From: Candidatus Velthaea sp.
GTDB taxonomy: Bacteria > Vulcanimicrobiota > Vulcanimicrobiia > Vulcanimicrobiales > Vulcanimicrobiaceae
Length of the DNA stretch: 32,509 nucleotides
Reading direction: 5' to 3'
NCBI GenBank assembly: GCA_050012475.1
Contig: JBEKHC010000059.1
Coordinates: forward strand, 1-32,509
Both the position numbers and the translations under genes were made by a program. Shown here piece after piece: positions 30,228 to 32,509 of the stretch. Numbering within the stretch: the stretch's first letter is position 1; each line of letters starts with the position of its first letter. The notes under the pieces were generated by a model that saw only the letters and a list, made by a program, of their open reading frames with translations, had not been told where the DNA came from and ran no database searches.

Positions 30228-30886
30228 GACCGGACGCCTCCAATCCAACGCGCGTAATCCGCCGGCGACACGACCTTCACGCTGAAGCCCATGAGCGCGT
30301 GCGCGTACCCGCAAAACTCGGCGCAATGGCCAACATACGTGCCATCCCGCTGCGGCCGGAGGTCGAAGCGATTGACCATTCCCGGGATCGCATCACGCTT
30401 GAACAGGAACGCCGGAATCCAAAACGCGTGATTCACATCGCTCGACGACAGCACGATGCGCGACGTTTCGTCACGCGGCAGCACGAGTTGCGGCGGGTGG
30501 TTGAACGATCCTCCGACGGTCGGCCCCGGGCGATACGTGAACGTCCATCCCCAACGGTAACCGTTGACGAGAACCGTGACGTCCGGGTTGGGAGCGAGCG
30601 CCTCGACCCCCGCTTCGGCGAGGTACGTGTGCACGAAGAGCACGCCCACGAGCAGCAGCGGAACGAGCGTCCAGCCGATTTCGAGCAGGTTGTTGGAACG
30701 AAATTGCGGCGGCAGCCGGTCGTCGCGCGGCCACGTTTTGCGCCGCCGAAAGCGGATGACGGCAAACAGGATCAAGCCCCAGACGACGACGGCGACCGCC
30801 GTTCCGACGTAGAGGAAAAGCATCCAATTCGATGCCATCAGCGAGGCTTGCGTCGTTGCGGTCCCCGGCCATGCCAGCCGTTCCAT
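30224..30886 (-). CDS. ctaC: Cytochrome c oxidase subunit II (CuA), no fused cytochrome c
   Basis: Two TM helices, LEIGWT, DVNHAFWIP, CAEFCGYAHALM; no CxxCH. Confidence 0.95.
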   Translation of the reverse strand: MERLAWPGTATTQASLMASNWMLFLYVGTAVAVVVWGLILFAVIRFRRRKTWPRDDRLPPQFRSNNLLEIGWTLVPLLLVGVLFVHTYLAEAGVEALAPNPDVTVLVNGYRWGWTFTYRPGPTVGGSFNHPPQLVLPRDETSRIVLSSSDVNHAFWIPAFLFKRDAIPGMVNRFDLRPQRDGTYVGHCAEFCGYAHALMGFSVKVVSPADYARWIGGVRS

Positions 30887-30894
30887 GCTGCTTC

Positions 30895-30927
30895 ATGCCC
30901 GCATTCGGAGTGTCGCAATCGGGGTAA
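30895..30927. promoter_or_regulatory. Overlapping divergent alternative-sigma (SigF/SigB-like) promoter candidates
   Basis: + strand GCATT-N16-GGGTAA; - strand CGATT-N16-GGGCAT. Confidence 0.5.
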
Positions 30928-30936
30928 GAAAGCGAC

Positions 30937-31494
30937 GTGAAATCGGTGGCGATTCGCGCTCACCCGCTCGTCTTCGGCGTCGTCGTCTTTCTGGCGTCGG
31001 AATCGATGCTCTTCGCCGGACTGCTCGCAGCATGGTACGACCTGCGCGGGCTGAGCGCGCAATGGATGCCGCGCGGCACCGAGATCGATTTCGCTCTCGC
31101 GACCTTCGGCACGGTGCTCCTCGGGCTGGGCAGCGTCACGATGGGCATCGCGCAGGTTGCCGCCGCGCGACGCAACCGGCGGCTTGCACGCGCGATGCTG
31201 GTGCTGACGTTATTTTGCGCGCTGGGGTTTGCCTATACCTCACTGCGCGATTGGTCGCTGGCGAATTTCCATGTTGACAGCAGCGCGTACGGGACGCTGT
31301 TTTATGTGCTGACCGGGACGCATCTCGCGCACGTCATCGCGGGCGCGGTGCTCTTGCTGGCGCTCACTATCTTCCTTGGGTCGCCGGCGTTCACACGCGA
31401 CCGCACCGCGGGTGTCGAAGCGATAGCATACTACTGGCACTTCGTCTTCGTCGTGTGGCTCGCGCTGTACGCGACGATCTATTTGCTGCGATGA
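30937..31494 (+). CDS. ctaE: Cytochrome c oxidase subunit III
   Basis: FLASESMLF, YGTLFYVLTGTHLAHV, YYWHFV. Confidence 0.93.
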   Translation: MKSVAIRAHPLVFGVVVFLASESMLFAGLLAAWYDLRGLSAQWMPRGTEIDFALATFGTVLLGLGSVTMGIAQVAAARRNRRLARAMLVLTLFCALGFAYTSLRDWSLANFHVDSSAYGTLFYVLTGTHLAHVIAGAVLLLALTIFLGSPAFTRDRTAGVEAIAYYWHFVFVVWLALYATIYLLR

Positions 31495-32264
31495 AAAACG
31501 GGTCGCTCGTCATCGCCAGTGCAGCGACGCTGGCTAGTGCGATCGCCGCGGCTCTGCGCATGAATCCGGCGATCGTCGGACTGCTGCTCGCGGCGGCGTT
31601 CGCCGCGATTGCTCTTTCCGCGGGCACGGCCGCGCTCGAACTGCACGCTCCCGACGACTGCCGCGAACCGCGTCACCGGCCCGCGCCGCGTGACGCTCCG
31701 CGCGCTGCCGTTACGCGTTCGGGCATGTTTGCCCGGCTGTGGGCGCTTACCGCCGGCGCCTTGGCCGTGGCGGGCTTGGTGCCGCTCGTCGCGCTCGGGC
31801 GCCGCGCGGCCATCGCGCGAGGTACAGCGTGGCGGCGCGGCTCACGGCTGGTAACGCCCGAAGGCCGGCTCGTGCGACCCGATGACGTCGCGCTGGGCGG
31901 CGTGAGCACCGTGTTTCCCGAGGGCAGTATCGGGGCACCGGAGTCGGCCGCGCTGCTCATTCGCGTCGCCGACGACGCAATGCTGACGAACCACGCTTGG
32001 GCGCCGCACGGCAATGTCGCGTTCTCGAAAATCTGTACGCACGCCGGCTGTCCGGTCGCGATTTACCGCCACGCCGACTACACGCTGTACTGCCCGTGTC
32101 ACCAATCCGAATTCTCGGTACTCTTCGGGGCCAAGCCGATCGCCGGGCCGGCAACGCGCGCACTGCCTCAGCTCGAACTGGCGGTGAACGACGAAGGCTA
32201 CCTCGTCGCGCGCGGCGACTTCAGCGGACCAGTCGGGCCCGATGACTGGAGCCGGACGGTATGA
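31491..32264 (+). CDS. qcrA: Rieske Fe-S subunit of a quinol-cytochrome c reductase
   Basis: ATGA overlap with ctaE; SKICTHAGCP, CPCHQSEF, GPATRALPQL, GDFSGPVGP. Confidence 0.92.
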   Translation: MKNGSLVIASAATLASAIAAALRMNPAIVGLLLAAAFAAIALSAGTAALELHAPDDCREPRHRPAPRDAPRAAVTRSGMFARLWALTAGALAVAGLVPLVALGRRAAIARGTAWRRGSRLVTPEGRLVRPDDVALGGVSTVFPEGSIGAPESAALLIRVADDAMLTNHAWAPHGNVAFSKICTHAGCPVAIYRHADYTLYCPCHQSEFSVLFGAKPIAGPATRALPQLELAVNDEGYLVARGDFSGPVGPDDWSRTV

Positions 32265-32509
32265 TCACGCGTCGGATCGGCCGGTTCTTGGACGAGCGGC
32301 TTGGCACGGCCAACGTCGTGCGGGTAGCATTTGCCAAGATTTATCCCGATCATTGGTCGTTCTATCTCGGCGAATTCGCGCTCTACTGTTTCGTGCTGCT
32401 CGTCGTCACCGGCGTCTGGCTCACGTTCGTGTACGATCCCTCACCGGCAAATGCGTACGCTTCGGTCGTTGCGCTGGGCCGCAGCGATCCGATCGGCTAT
32501 CTGTTCCGT
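32261..32509 (+). CDS. qcrB: Cytochrome b subunit, 3'-truncated by the window edge
   Basis: Manual translation MITRRIGRFLDERLG...KIYPDHWSFYLGEFALYCFVLLVVTGVWLT; ATGA overlap with qcrA. Confidence 0.9.
   Translation, partial: MITRRIGRFLDERLGTANVVRVAFAKIYPDHWSFYLGEFALYCFVLLVVTGVWLTFVYDPSPANAYASVVALGRSDPIGYLFR

Overview
High-GC bacterial chromosomal segment of mostly recognisable metabolic clusters. In order: the 3' part of an RND efflux permease; a secreted Gly/Pro-rich protein; an acoXABC acetoin dehydrogenase operon (- strand); a less GC-rich, gene-poor accessory patch (~7.9-14.4 kb); urtABCDE urea uptake; an opposite-strand HugZ/PNPOx-like gene; ureABCEFGD urease plus a coupled secreted protein; a LamG/beta-propeller lipoprotein; and an actinobacterial-type cta/qcr respiratory cluster split into two divergent units. 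The accessory patch holds an unannotated ardC remnant cut at a tyrosine-recombinase-like site, an autoregulated ArsR-SRPBCC-VOC operon, an SDR, and a coupled CbbY-like/GGDEF pair in which both proteins have substituted catalytic residues. The best candidates for new biology are the symmetric overlapping SigF/SigB-like promoter pair in the 50-bp ctaC/ctaE gap, the doubly degenerate CbbY-GGDEF operon, and the ardC/dif-like junction. No rRNA, tRNA, CRISPR array, integrase or transposase was recognised. All calls come from manual motif recognition; no searches were run.
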